A stretch of 64,000 nucleotides of DNA from Vicugna vicugna (Eukaryota). Made by a program: the position numbers and the translations under genes. The stretch is taken from NCBI GenBank assembly GCA_013265495.1, contig MU058463.1, forward strand, positions 868,001 through 932,000, given 5' to 3'. The notes under the pieces are model-generated. The model had not been told where the DNA came from, did not search any database, and saw nothing but the letters and a program-made list of their open reading frames with translations. Position 1 is the first letter of the stretch. Every line of letters begins with the position of its first letter. Shown in pieces: positions 26,313-44,649 of the stretch.

Positions 26313-28399
26313 AGTGTTGGTGTGAAAGAGCACTGTACTCTGAGAGAAACACTGCATTTGTGCAAGCTAGACTAGAAATAAGACAATTTATTCAAAGAAG
26401 ACACAATCTGGGTAATTAAACCTAAAATATATACATTTTATATGTTTTCAGCATTATATTAAGACCATTTATTTACAGTTCCTTCAGAGTCTTTATCTTC
26501 ACTCTTTTGGCTTGAAAATGTGATTTTTTTTTTAAGAGAAAGGGCCAAAGATAACATGGCAGAGAATCCAGGCCTTGGGGCTCAACAATGTGGGTTAAAA
26601 CATTCAGTAGAATAGTGCAACTAGAGCCCTTAGTTATTACTGAGGACAAAATTACAACCAAATAGGAAGCAAAAAGATATTTCCTATCAGGTAGCTGAAT
26701 CTCCCAGTAAAAGACTATAGTAGAACATATCTTATTTGAAAAAATTATCCAGAAGACTTGTTCCTTTTTTCTGGGTAAGACTGGCAGCTTTTATGCCTTC
26801 TTCAGTTGGTGTTAAGGTTTTTACTTTAAGATAGCTACCTTGAATACAGTGCTATGAAAGGTTTTAGATGACACATTAAACTTGATTGACACTTTGCTTA
26901 AAATTACCTGTTTATCCATGTAACTACAAGTCTACGACTTACTGATACAAACTGGCTCCAGACTGAGAGCTGTTAAGGCCAGTGACCATGTTTTAAGCAT
27001 CACAGTATTTCTACTACTGAGAATAGTGGATGGTACATCTCAGGACTTGAGGCACCACACATGCATCAAATGGTAGTAACCCAGGTACTTTTGTTTGTGC
27101 CTATTCACCTAGGAACTTTTCTATTTTCTTACATTCTGTGTTATTTTTAGAGTCTGCAAAGTGCTCCAGATGCTCAAGGGTACTTCTGTGCTAAACTGGA
27201 AGATTCTTTCTGCATTTTTGTTGGGTGTGGTCACTTCAATTGTATACGCCATATTTCATAGCCTAGATTCTGACAGACATCACTTCCATCACTTGCTAAA
27301 GAACAGAATCTTCCATTAGCCACCTTATCAACACCAAATATTGCCAACACTAACAGAAAAATCTTACCTAGAAATCCCAAAGCAAATAGAAGCTTATATA
27401 AGTTGAAACTTTGATCTTATTAACCAGATGGCCCCATTGTCTTTCCCTCCCAATAAAACTCATAATCCTTAGTAAATAACAAGTTATCAGAAATGACAAG
27501 AAGAGTCATCATCTAGCCATTTCCACAACATAAAGATGATTAGATTTTTGGCAACATTTCCTAATGATATTATCTTCTTGGGGGAAGTTTAGCTTCTTGT
27601 AACATATAGAACTCACTAATTAAATTAGTCTAGAGAATATCTTCTGACAGTTTAGAAAGAAGGATGAAAATTAGATCAACATTTTCAACATTAGTGTTAA
27701 CTTGATACATGATAATATTTGCTAGACCTTCATTTAATGGAAGGTTAATAGTTTTCATTTAAACATGTTTTGAGACACTGCATTATTACACATCTCCCTC
27801 CTGAATATTCTAAGTGTACATGAATGAAACAATTATTCTGAGATTTCCTTCAGCAGAAACATCTTTTGACTTTTAGCACAGCATTTCTAAAACTTATTTG
27901 CATATAGAAAATACTTTTGAATCATTGTTTCATGGAATGGATATTGGCAAATTTTGGCCTAAAATGATGATATGTATACTCAACAATAGCTAGTATTAAT
28001 AGAAAACATAAAATCAAAATTATTCATTTTCTACATATAACCCAGGGAAAAGTGAAGATTCACACAATTTTCTAAAGTTTAAAACAAAAGGTCTCTCTCC
28101 AAAAAACTAAAGAATTGTACAGAACTACATATGTCTTGTAGAAGAAAAGAGCATAAAGAGAAATAAAAGTCAAGGTATATTTAATACAAATCTTTGACTC
28201 TATTGGTGTTTAAAGACACACGTTTAATCTGAATACTCTTTTCTGTAGATAAGTACAAGATATTTTAAAAAGAGATAAATTGACTACTTTAGCATTTGCA
28301 AGAGGATAAGGAAATGTGTAGAATTTTATTAGCTATTTTTAAGCAACACTGAAGGTCAATTGAAAACTATGAACAAAGACTGAAAGACAAGAAAGAATA

Positions 28400-29180
28400 G
28401 AAATTATTCGGCTTTTGTCAAACAAATGAGACAGAAAATGGAATCAGTAGTAGATACTGGAGAGTTAGTGAATCTCAGATCATGTAAAGTCTTGTTTACC
28501 ATCCAGAGGTATTTGTTCTTCATTGTCAAAGCCATGGGGAGAAACTCAGGGGGTTAGTGCAAGGGCATGATCATATTGAGTTGTAGAAGGATCACACTGA
28601 AAGCTTCAGACCATAGTGCACAAAGGTAACCACTGAGACAGGAATTGTGGATTGAGAGTCTATTGAAACAGTGACCTTGAGGTATAGTTAGAGTGAGCAG
28701 TTGTGGGGCTTGAGGAATAGGGGGTTAGTCTTAGATCTGGGTTAGTGACTAGATGGGTGATAGTACCACTGATTATATAGAGTTAGGATGTGGAACAGAG
28801 TTAAGGTGAGGGAGAATAGTAATATCCAGTAAGGTCAGGTTCAAATTTTAGTATCTTGTGAGAAATACAGATATGACTTGCCATCAGATGCATGTGAGTG
28901 TCTTGAAAGCAAGATGAGAAATACAGGGTACAGATAGAGCATTAAGAATAACACAGAAGCAGCATGCGACTGCACAGATGAAAAGCTAGCAGACACAGAT
29001 GGTAATACTGAGAAGGAATCATCACAGAGGGAGGAGAACCAGAGCAGAAAGATATCAAGAATAGAGAAATTATAGAAGGTGTGTTGTGAAGCCACCACAA
29101 CAATGGTATCAAGTTTGGCCAGTTCAGCCAGGGTTAGTTGAATTTGGCAATTAAGAACTCGCTGCAACTTTGCTTAAAGA
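28400..29180 (-). mobile_element. Ancient L2 remnant
   Basis: Purine-rich L2-like antisense motifs ('cagatcatgtaaagtcttgt', 'gagaaggaatcatcacagagggaggagaaccagag'). Confidence 0.5.
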
Positions 29181-31910
29181 GTTCTGGTTTTGAAGTTAGA
29201 AAAAAAATTAAGTTGCAAAAAAGTTAGGTATTGACCCTCAAATTAAGTACTTCTTATAGAAATTTTTCTTTGATGAGCTTTCTATAGAATTAACTGAAAT
29301 TTAGTTTCTAGGGTTACAAAGTCTTCTGATCAAAGTTCAGAAGATAATTTTTTCATTTATCTCTTTGTTATTTTGGTGAACAAAACTGGAACTGTTATGC
29401 AAAATTAGAAATGTTAATTTGGAAGAAAATTATCATAGAAAACTTCTCGTTCAGCCTTTGTTTTACAGGTTATGAAACTGATGGATGGTGATCTGGAGGA
29501 AATGGAAAACACACCAATCTTAAGATGTCTTAATTAGATAATCTTTCTTAACTAATAATTTAATACAGTTTGGAATGTGTGAAGAATCTGTATTTTTAAT
29601 TTTATTCACTGATACAAAGAGATTTTCCTCAATTCTGTAATAAAAATTGAATTTAATCATGACACTTTGTTGGCATTTACCAAGATGTCATCATCAAATA
29701 GATAACTGCACTTAATTTTTTCATGCTTTAATGTCATGATGACAGTGTCAGTTACACAGTACATAATAAAAATTAGAGGTTAGAATTGTTTTCCTAAATT
29801 TTGAATTTTTATTTCTTCCAATGAAATTTTATATATACATATATATAAAATCACTAGTACTGACTTTTAATAAATCTGGGCATTTTTTTAAAATTAGTTT
29901 CTACATAGAGTGATTTTTCTTTAGTGAAAACAAGAAATAATTTCAAAAAGATAGTCTTTCCCTGGAGTAGCCAGAAAGAGCAATTCACTGGTGACCACTG
30001 TAAATTGCTTTCGTACAATAAAGGATATTGATTCATTGGCACTGCACAAAGAGTGAGGACTTACAGCCGAAAAATGCCAAAGAGTAGGGTGATGTGGTAT
30101 AAGGGGAATAAGTTAAGTAGTAAAATGGAAAAAGAGAAAGCACTAATATAATATTCTGTAGTGTAAAACTTGAGACTTGATGCAACATTTAAAAAGTAGC
30201 ATGATTTTTAAAAATGCACTGTACATACATAAAGCAGAACAGTAAGCCAGAAACAAAGGGAGGAAAAGGATAAAAAATCAGCAGACCAAAAATAGAAGAG
30301 GATTATGGTTATGGGAATTGAGAATGAAGAGAGAAGCTGAGCTGAATGAGACTGACAGCAAGAGGATAATGAGAGGTGAAAAAGTTGAGAGGCAGTGCAG
30401 AGAGAAAGCAAAAAACTAACAGGACAGAAGGGAGGAAGCTGGTTGCAGACTAATCAGAGAGTAGCAGCTGTATGATGACAAGAAAGACTGACAGTAAATC
30501 ACACAAAAGGCAAGGAAGGGAACCATCAATTGGAGACACTGGTTGGTACAAGAGAGGGTAACGTTGGATTTGTTTATAAGCAAACCATTCTTTCTTCTAG
30601 TAGTGGAGAGAAAATCAATATTACATGTTTCTTGAGGGTTTGCTGCATTGATGCACTAATCTTGGTATTAAATTTCAATCATTAAGCACATTTATGAAAT
30701 ATGAGCATAACTGGCATTTATTTTTGTGTATCTGTAAGGTTTTGATGTGTTTGCTAAGCTCTATCAAGGAGGCTGTGAGTTTCAAGGTAGTCCAATGGGG
30801 AATTTGAAATTTGTAAGCATGTAAAAATGATTAGGTACAGTAAAGAATGCACACTTAATCAGTTAAATTTCCCCAAAGTAAAATAGTTTTGACAGAGTTA
30901 CTAAATTAAATCTGAACCCAAGAGGTCAATTCAATTAGATTAGTCTGCTTCTGGTTCAGACTGTGGGTGAGAGGAGGTTATAGATGACACTTTTAGACCT
31001 TAAATTATTCCAATTCATGTGATGAAGTTGGCTGCTTTCTCTTTGTGAAAATGTTCTCTTTTCATGGCTTGTATGACACTTTTTTTGTTGTTTTCATTTT
31101 TTAACTCCTTCCCACTTCTACCTTTTGATCTCACTTTCTCTCTATGTATGGAGGTATTTTTCAACCCTTCTCTTTATACTCTGTGTCATTGAAACTCATT
31201 TACTAGGAACCTAGGAAAACGACTCCAAACTCTGTATCACTAGCTGTAAACTTCCTCCAGATTTTCCCACCAAGTAATGGGAAATTTCACTTTTCTACTT
31301 TGCTGTTTTCTTGGCCACAATATAGCTGATTCTGAAATTATTTTCCTTTCCATTTTTATATGTTTATTCTGTTTTCTATTTTTACTTTTTTTCTCCTTCT
31401 GTTAATGACAGTAGTGTCATCTCAGCTGTCCAGACATGAAACCTAGGAAAACTTTCCCTTTACCTTACCCTTCACAAGTCTTGAGTTATAGGGTCTTTCA
31501 ATTCTCCCCAGTAGTGTTACATATAATTAATTCATACATTCATTCAGCACAATTCAATCTACTATTTCCCAGATAACTATTGATTATTATACAACATCTG
31601 GGATATTACTGCACATATACCATCCATATCCCTTACTTTATGAATATTCTAGTAATAGAAAATAAAGAATAAAATAGCATTATAAGTATGTATTTCTCTT
31701 GGATGAAATCTGAAAGTAAACACATTTCTATCCTCAAGATCAATAAAAAGCCACTCATTTCAAAAATGTATTTGTAGCAAATTCTAGGTAAAAATAAGTT
31801 TTTCCCAAAGTTGCAATACATTGTTTCTTAAGTGTGTTGAATAACATCCATTTCAAATATTCTATCAGTCATCAAATATAACCAAGCATTTGGAGTAAGG
31901 ACTCCAATAA

Positions 31911-35793
<3,883 letters not shown>

Positions 35794-36199
35794 TTTCAAC
35801 TTATTTTTGCAGTTGATTTGATATTTCCTCTTTGTTCCTTTCTTCTTCCTTTTGTGGTTTGGTAATTTTTCTTTGTATTATCTTGGATTTTATTTAGTTT
35901 TTGTGACTCACTTATAAGTTTTTGGCTTGTGGTTACCCTTTTTTGTAAGTCTATTCATCCATTACTATAACTGTTTGTATTAAATAGATAGTAATATAAG
36001 CTCAAAGCCATCCTACCAAGAACAAAAAATTCAAAAAAGAAAGAAAAATACTCTATATTTTCTTGCTTCTCTCTCCCACTCTTAATGATTTAGATGTCTT
36101 CTGTTACAATATCATGTTTATTTTATTTGTAATTCATAGTAGTTATCACCTTTCCCGTTAGGAGTTTCTCATTTCTGTTGCATCCTGCTTCTTTTCTAT

Positions 36200-37093
36200 T
36201 TAGAGCAGAGCTTTCAATATTTCTTTTAGCATCAGGTTAGTGTTGCTAAACTCTTCTAGTTTTTGCTTGTCTGTGAAATTCTTTATCTCTCCTTCTCTTG
36301 TAAAGGATAACCTTGCTAGATAAAGTATCCTAAGCTGAATCTATTTTTTCATTCAGGACTTTGAATATATCTTGCCACTCCCTTCTCTTTGTGTAGAGAA
36401 ATCAGCTAAGAGCCCTATGGGGGTTCCCTTGTAACTCACTCTTTGCTTTTCTCTTCCTGCCTTTAGGATCACTTCTTTATCCTTGACTCTGGCCATCTTG
36501 ATTATGATATGTCTTGGTGTGTGTCTGTTTGGGTTCTTCCTGTTTGGGACCCTCTAAGTGTCCTGTACTTGGATATCTGATTCCTTCTTTAGGTTTGGGA
36601 AATTTTCAGTCATGATTTCTTCAAAGACCTTTTCAGTGTCCTTTGTTCTTTCCTCCCCTTCTGAAACCTCTATTATGCATAGATTGGCATGATTTATATT
36701 ATCCCATAGGTCCCTTATGTTGTTTTTATTGGTTTTTATTTGTTTTTCTCTAAGCTGTTCTGATTGGGTGCTTTCTGTTGTCCTGTCTTCTAGGTCACTT
36801 ACTCATTCCTCTGAATTATCTAGTTTGCTTTGTACAGCCTTTAGATCAGCTCTCATCTTAGCAAATGAGTTTACCAATTCTACTTGGCTCTTCTTTATAG
36901 CTTCTATTTCATTATTGACATATTTTATATCTCTAAATACTATTTCTTTTAGTTCTTTCAGTATTTTGATCACTCCTTTTTTGAAATCTTGATCTAGTGG
37001 GCCATCAATGTCTATTTCCTTGATCGTGCTTTCAGGGGATTTCTCTTGCTCTTTTAATTGGGAGTGGTTTCTCTGCTTCTTCATCTTGCTCAT
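36200..37093 (-). pseudogene. L1 ORF1 (RNA-binding/chaperone protein) with premature stop after codon 96
   Basis: ORF 36803-37093 MSKMKKQRNHSQLKEQEKSPE... coiled-coil-like; C-terminal 'MLKEILKALL*' ends at 36200. Confidence 0.85.
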
Positions 37094-38716
37094 ATCTTTC
37101 TGGTACTGTGGCTTATGGAGTATCAGTTACCTATTGTGGTCCTTAAGGAATTTATTTATCTATCTAATGCTTATACAGGAAGAAAACTTAAAAGAAAAGA
37201 GAGGGAGATAGAATTTTAAGATAAGGGAGTAAAGAAATATATATATAATATATATATAATCAATAACAGGAGATCAAAACCAAGAGAAATATAAATAAAA
37301 TGAGGTGGATTTTTAAAAATAATAATAATAAAAATATTTTAAGAGAAAAATTTAAAAGGGACTAAAACAAGAAGCATATATAATTGTTTAAAAAGTAAGC
37401 ATTAAAAAGCTAATAGAAAATAGAACAGAAAAAAAAAAATTAAAAAAAAGAGAATGGGATGTATTCTTGTGGAGACTGCACTCTTAAATGTTTTTTTATC
37501 GAGAGGTCTTTCTGTCTTCACCCTGTTTCATGAACTCAGCTTGCTGCTTCCAGAGGCCCTCTGTTGGCGTCCCTCATCTTTGCTGCTCCCAGTGCCTATC
37601 GGCAAGCAGATCATACCCCCTCCCAACACTCGATCGGGTGCTGTGTTCTTACATGGTGGGCGGTCAGGTCACCCCTTCCCAATGCCACAGTCAGATGCTG
37701 TGCTCAAGTAAGGTAGGTGGGCAGATCATGCCCCTTCCCAGCACCATGGTCAGGTGCTCAACTCCTGCCAGGAAGGCGGGTGGCCACCTACCCTCTCCTG
37801 GTGCCAGTCGCTCCCCTGCTCTGTGCAGCTGCCCGCTCCACCCCAGGTCCACGCTCCATAGGTGGGCTGGGGGAAGACAGCGGAACAGCCCTGCCCCTGC
37901 CCCTGCTCCTTGCCAAAACTCAGCTCCTTGTTTGTCTTGACAGTGTGAGTTCTCTGAGGTACCAGGACAGAAAGATTCTATCTGCCTTGGGCTGTAAACA
38001 TGTCTCCGTCTGGCCTTTGAGGCTGCTAAGCCCTTAGGTATAGATTCAGGTTTCGACCCCACCCTCATCTGGGTGCTAAGTGCAGGAGGATATGGCGGCT
38101 GTGCCTGAGCCCTGCCTCTTTTCTTCATAAGACCTTGAGCGGGTTTTTGGATTTAGGGAGTATGGTGCCCTTCCCGCCAGGGCACATCAGCCATGTTGTT
38201 TTATGGAGCGCCCTGGTTGCTTTGCCCTGTGTACCCACTCATCCATGGTGCACAGCACCCTGCAGTCCCACACAGTGCCTCAGTGCAGCTGCCCTAGTTC
38301 TCTGCCCAGCTCGGGCAGCCTGTCCCATCCCCGACCTGCCGCTTTGCCTCTAGGGCTGGGGGTTGTGGAGACCCTCTGTGCCCGTTTAACTTAGTTCTGT
38401 TGGTCAAGGGGTGCTCCACACAGATCTGAGCTTTGGAGGTTCCCCTCCATCCTGCTGACCTCTCGTTGGAGAGGGAGAGACCAAGCGAATGAGCACTATT
38501 CCTCCCTTCCCATGGGACTGGTCCCACACTGTTTTGATTTTTCTTTTCTTTTTTCCTTTTCTCCTACCAGATCCATGGCATCTTTGTCTTTTGAAGAGGG
38601 CAATGCTCTGTTGGAGTTCAGCAGGTGCTCTGTGCTCTGGTTGGCTGGGTGGGTCCGTGGATGTGAGTTTTGGTGTATTTGTGGGAGAGGGTGAGCTACG
38701 AGCATCCTTCTACTCT

Positions 38717-38725
38717 GCCATCTTG
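38717..38725 (-). promoter_or_regulatory. YY1-binding core (CAAGATGGC) at the L1 5' end
   Basis: gccatcttg on the plus strand, ~8 nt inside the L1 5' terminus, the position known for mammalian L1 promoters. Confidence 0.7.
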
Positions 38726-39354
38726 GCCCCTCTGTCAAGTTTGAAAGTCTTCCTCTCCTAAAATCCCTAAAATGAGATTTTTACAGCATTCTTTTGAAAT
38801 AGTTTTGCATGGTGCAGTACTTATAGTTAAATCTGCTTTCTAAATATCATTTGTATTTTTTTAACTTCCTCCTCAATAGAATAGAAAAAAAATAATGAAA
38901 GAAAAGCAAAACAATGCTTGCAGCCTCAACACTCAGGGAAATATTTTGAATTCTGAATGAGTCATGTTTTAGATTAAACAATCTGTAATTCCTCTAGCTT
39001 TTCTGTGTGAGCAGCATTTTGAGCCTGTCCATTTATCTTCCTAACTCCCACATTTCCTCTTGCAAGTCTTTCCACTCACAGGTTTTGTGAATATTGAAAT
39101 AGGGCACAGTAATCTATTATGGTTCTGTCTCTCCTATCTTTGTGTTTCACCTAAAACCCCTCGTCTGGACTATCATTACAGCCTCCTTTTGTTTTCTTAT
39201 GCTCTTTTTTTATAATCCAGTCTTGTATTAGCTCTGATTTATCATATTATAAAAGTAAATTTTGCTCAGTGGTTCTTTAGAATACATAATAAATGAATAA
39301 ATGAACTAAATGACTGCCACACGTCAATAAATATTTTTAATATCAGGATCATTT

Positions 39355-39423
39355 TATATATATATAACAATTATATACATATATACATATATATACACAT
39401 ATATATGTATATATGTATATATA
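39355..39423. repeat. (TA)/(CATATA)-type low-complexity microsatellite
   Basis: tatatatata...tatatacatatatacatatatatacacatatatatgtatatatgtatatata. Confidence 0.85.
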
Positions 39424-41727
39424 ACAAGTATTTACTAGAAAATGAAGATACTGAAGGGAGTTTTCATTAAGTATATTGATAACTGAAGAGTAGTTTTCTA
39501 TGTGATTTTTATCTAGTCAACTTAAAAAGAATGTCTGTAATTACCTATGCTTGTTTCAATGCTCCAAAACAATTTAACTATTTCTTGTCCCTTCTATCAT
39601 AATTTTCTGTTGACAAATGAGGTGAAAACACAAGAGTGAATCTAAAGGTCAAGAAGGATTATACTGTTAGTATAATCCAGTTCTCTTCTGTTTAAATATT
39701 AGCATCTCTGATTTATAAGATCTCTTCAGTTTTTCATGCAGCAAATTTATCTCCCTCCTTTCTTTCTCTCTCTCTCTGTCTCTCAGTCTCTCATCACATA
39801 CAAAAACACACAGTCACACACACACAAACAACTCTGTTCCAGAGAAGAATTACCTTTCAATTGTCTGACTAGATTGGTACCTGCTGTAACAAACGTTAAG
39901 TTTTGGAATTAGACTTATGGGATTCAATTAATTTATATGAAACTAAAACTTACTCATAATTCTAAGTGCAGGCAACCACCATGTGCATTGAGAAATCTGA
40001 GACCTACAGATGCAGCTTCTGATTAAAAAAAAAAAGTCTTCTTGTCTCTCACTTTAGGACAAATTTTGGTTCTAAGTTAGCAGGCAGGATGGTCAATTCA
40101 GGAGGAAACATTACTCACGCAGAGAAAACCATTTCAGTTTTTACCTCTTCTCATACCTCAGTAATTACACAGATTAGGTTACATTTTACAACTAGCCATA
40201 GCCCTGTTAATACATAAATTCCATGTTTATTTTTGATACTCAGTAGTGTAGGAACAAAAATCCTGTCAGTAATGTTTTATATAATAATAGAAAATACGAA
40301 GAAAGTTATCCAAGTTAAGTATCTTTCACTAGCACAAAATTACTGAGAAGGTCTGAAACAGAACACACCTAGAGGGGTCATACTCCCTCCTACTTCTCAC
40401 AGCCCCCATCACCCAACATTGTCTTTGGCATGGCTTCTTCCCACTTAATAAGTTAACTCCCTGAATTCTGAAGTGAAATCCATTTGAGATCCCTTAAGAA
40501 ACAACTGTTTTCCAAAGCTATTCCTTCCACTCGTGCTGAGAATATTAATTGACATCTTTTTGCATTGAAAAGCCCATGCTTTGCTTTCCTGATTCCCCTC
40601 GGCCTAAAAACTTACCCAAACCTCACTTATTTTAAAATGATCATCCCTTAAAGCTGAGAGTAAAACAAACAGCTAAAGAGCCTGGGTAAAGACAGTAAAG
40701 TCAACTAATTAATGTTCATGATTAGAATCTAAATCTTCAATGAGCGTTTAATGGATAACCACTAAACAGTGTTCAAGAAAGCACAGGCTGTTTGTATTTA
40801 AAATAGTAGAGGAAATGAATTCTTAGTCATTTTAAATTCACCTTAAAGAAGAATATATTTATGTCTAAAACTTCAGTTCCCATATAAACAAAATTTTAGT
40901 GCTTGGAAGGAACGTTAGTTAATTTCTTCTTTCAGTAGCAAAGAAATCGAGGTCCATAATGGAAAACCAAATTGCTCAGTTCATGATCTAGGAGGTGGCC
41001 GAGCTTGTATTATAAGCCATGTCTTCTTCTCAACGATTAACAAGTTTTTATTGAATACTTACTGTGTTTCAGGCAAGAGGCAGCTGAGTCAAATGCTCAC
41101 AACAAAGCTAGACTAATGACTCCTTCCCTTCCATTGAAAGGAACAGCCTACCCTGAATACTGAAAAACACTTTGATTCAGTCCTCACTTTCTCTTTTCTA
41201 CTCTTCACAGTCTCATTTTTCAAGTTGAAACTGCTTTTTCACTGCTGTTCCTCTCTAGTATTTGTTAATGGAATATACATAGGTATATACATACGCATAT
41301 ATGTATGCCATTAAAGTATTTATATATAAATACAAATTATATATATTCATAAATACAAAATATTTTATATATACAATGGCTGAGCTTAGAATAAATGCTA
41401 TATTTGCCTCATAAAAATCAGAATTTTTGAAAAGTATTTTATTTTAAAAAATTTATTTAGGCATATTATGCCATTTTGTGAAAATTGCATTTCAGTATTA
41501 ATGCTTAATATGTCACATTCATAATTTTATAGCTTAAGTATATAAGGAGTCTATTAAATTGAATTATAGCTCATTTAAGCCTTGTAATATGATCTCTATA
41601 GGTTTATATTTATTAATTTATTTAAAAAAATTTCTTTTGCAGAGTGTTTTCTCATTTTGTACACATTTAACGTTAAATACAGGATGGAGAGTCTAGCTTA
41701 TTCTTTTATTTAAAGTTACTAAGAGCT

Positions 41728-42009
41728 AGACGCATAGACATAGAATACAAACTTGTGGTTGCCAAGGGGGCAGGGGGTGGGAAGGGACAGACTGGGATTT
41801 CAAAATGTAGGACAGATAAACAAGATTATACTGTATAGCACAGGGAAATATACACAAGATCTTATGGCAGCTCACAGCGAAAAAAAAATCTGACAATGAA
41901 TATATGCATGTTCATGTATAACTGAAAAATTGTGCTCTACACTGGAATTTGACACATTGTAAAATGACTATAATTCAATTTAAAATTGTTAAAAAAAGAA
42001 AGAAAGAAA
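41728..42009 (+). mobile_element. Young short L1 3' end (camelid-type) with A-rich tail and 16-bp TSD
   Basis: G-rich tract 'gggggcagggggtgggaaggg', A/GAAA tail; TSD aaagttactaagagct (41712-41727) / aaatttactaagagct (42010-42025). Confidence 0.92.
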
Positions 42010-44571
42010 AAATTTACTAAGAGCTTATAATGATTAACTGTCACTGTTATATTTCTCAATAAATCTATGTATTTCCAATAAGTTGTACTGATACTGTGAA
42101 AATATCCTCAAAAAGATCAAGAAGAGAACAGTTGATCATTAAACCATCCATCTACAGCATGAAATACTGGAGTTCTTCCCTACAGCATTAGTCTTCTCTG
42201 GTTAATTTAGTTGGTGTGTAGTAAATGACTTGAAGGCTGACCTAATCTCTAAATATTGCTGTGTGAAATGTTCCGTATTTTATGTCTTCTATTTACTTTT
42301 GTGGAGTCGATATTTCTCTACTCAACTGCAAACCTAGTTTTGTATTCCCTTGTTACTTCCCTTAGCAGAGCAAACACTATATTATTTTTTTTTTAACTGT
42401 GATAGTTGACTGCTGCCCTGCAGCCCCTAACCACCCCAATTCCCCTTGGTTTTCAAACAAAAAGATTGGAAATGCACATAACTGCAACTTTCACAAATTC
42501 ATTGAACCTGAAAAGCTAAGAAAACCTTGTTAAATGCTGGAGCAGCACACAAGAAAACGTCTAAAGCAGTTCAAGAATATAACAAAGAATTAATGATCTC
42601 ACTGCACAAAGAGAAGAAATCAAAGTGGAAGAACAGAAAGAATACCTAAAATAGAGTGGAAAGTGGATAATAAATGTTTTTTATGTGTATTAATTAAAAT
42701 AGTGTTCTCATCTCTAGCTTTAAAATAGCTACATATGTGCTTATAAATAAGAATGCTTGACTTTCTTTTTTAAAAATTATTTTTAACTATGAGATGTGTT
42801 AGAATACATTCCAGTTTTCCATAATCTTTATTACCATTATTTTGTATTTGATAATTTATTTCCAAATAATTCATATACTTTATTTATTTTTTGAAAATTT
42901 TATAAGTGGGATTTCAAAAGCTGTTTGAATGAGAAAGGAAGATAGGGTAATAATATTTTTTCAGGAAAATGTTTCAAACTTAGATTGCTGAAAAATGCAT
43001 TGTGAAGTGAATTCTGAATAAAGCACAAATGTTTGAACTTGGCTGAAAGCCAAGGAAATACTTTATTTAGAATCCCACTACAATATATGCAATTCTTTTA
43101 TTAAATGTGTCACCTTTTATCTTGTGTACTATTACTTTGTATCTTCACTCCAAACCCGAAGCTCTTTGAGTGGAGGATTAATGCTTGTGTTAGTAGCTTT
43201 TATTTGGCTCCATTTTAAAAGTCTTATTTGTATAAGCCTTATTTTCTGAGAAGGAAAAGCAATGGCCAGATATAATAAACCACCCAAAATCATATATATT
43301 TATATTTAATTTTAATTTATTCTTAGGAAAGCCAAATATGTGTTTGAGTTAGCGTGTCATAGTAGAGTGGAGTGTACAAACTACACACACACACACACAT
43401 ACACATATATGTGTTTCCCCAGATCAAAGTGAAGTTCAGAAAGAGGAAAAACTGAAAGAATGAGAGGAATTAATTGTCACTATTTCAAAGTAATTTCAAC
43501 TATCCAATAAAAATGTGACGAAGGAAAGTGATTCATAGATCACAAACTACTTCCTTAAATAAAATGACAGATGACACAATGGGACAAAGTTTTAATGTAT
43601 TATTTGAGGATCTATAATCATAGTGACTGGTTATGTTTTAGGTAGAGGAGTGGTTTGTAGTAGAGGATTATAAGTGAAAAGAAGACACAGTTGAAGAGAG
43701 AGGAATCTAAAAAGACAGAACAAACAAAAAATCCTCCATAAATGTAGTATCAATAGTGGAAAATCATATTTAAAGGCCTTGGCCTAATTGATATATCACT
43801 GATCAGACTATGCCTGCTCACTCACACAAATCATACCTCCACTTTTCGCATTTCATGGTATGATAATAAAATCATTAAAAAATCTCACAACAGATTTGCT
43901 GGTTTCATTATTGGAGCATATAGGTTTAAATTATAAAATATGATATGTCAAAGAAGTAGTTTGTTGGAGTCAACAACAAACAAGTCAATTTTTCTGTTAT
44001 AATAATCTGTTAATGTCAAATCAAATATCACATATAACACCCTTCCTCTGGTCTTTTCATTGTCCACAGTTATATATCCAAAAATATTTTTGGAAAATTT
44101 AATAGGCAATTATCACTAAAAGTAATCTGTTAACAGCCCATGGGCCTTCATTTTCATTACAGTAATTCAAACATAACCTTATCTTCAAGGAAAACTGTCT
44201 AATTATTTTACACATTTTACCTATTTCCTAAGAAGAAGTTATTTATATGCACATAGAATCATTACTGAAAAACCCCATAACATTTGATTTATGAGGACAC
44301 TTTTGAATCATGTTTATGCATTTTAATTTCAGCATGAAAAATGTCATTCTTAATAACCTAATAAGCCTACCTTTCTGTGACTCACTACATTATTTCATTT
44401 TTGAAGATAAATAACTTATATTGACCAAGTGACATAGAAGTGTCTATCTGTGGTGTGAATGGAAAGTGAAATGTTCATAACTCCTCCAACATATATCAAG
44501 TTAAGGCTAAGAATAAAGGTACAGCATGCATTAAGCCCTAGAATATAGTGTAGCTTGGTGTAAAATTGTGT

Positions 44572-44641
44572 TAGAAGTGTATCTATTTCTTCACTTTTCT
44601 AGTAAATAGAAGTGTATCTATTTCTTCACTTTTCTAGTAAA
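44572..44641. repeat. Perfect 35-bp tandem duplication
   Basis: tagaagtgtatctatttcttcacttttctagtaaa x2 (44572-44606, 44607-44641). Confidence 0.95.
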
Positions 44642-44649
44642 AAACAGAA

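Noticed and set aside
39355..39423. Hairpin-forming palindrome as a functional RNA
   Set aside because: Self-complementarity is a trivial property of TA/CA-TG microsatellites
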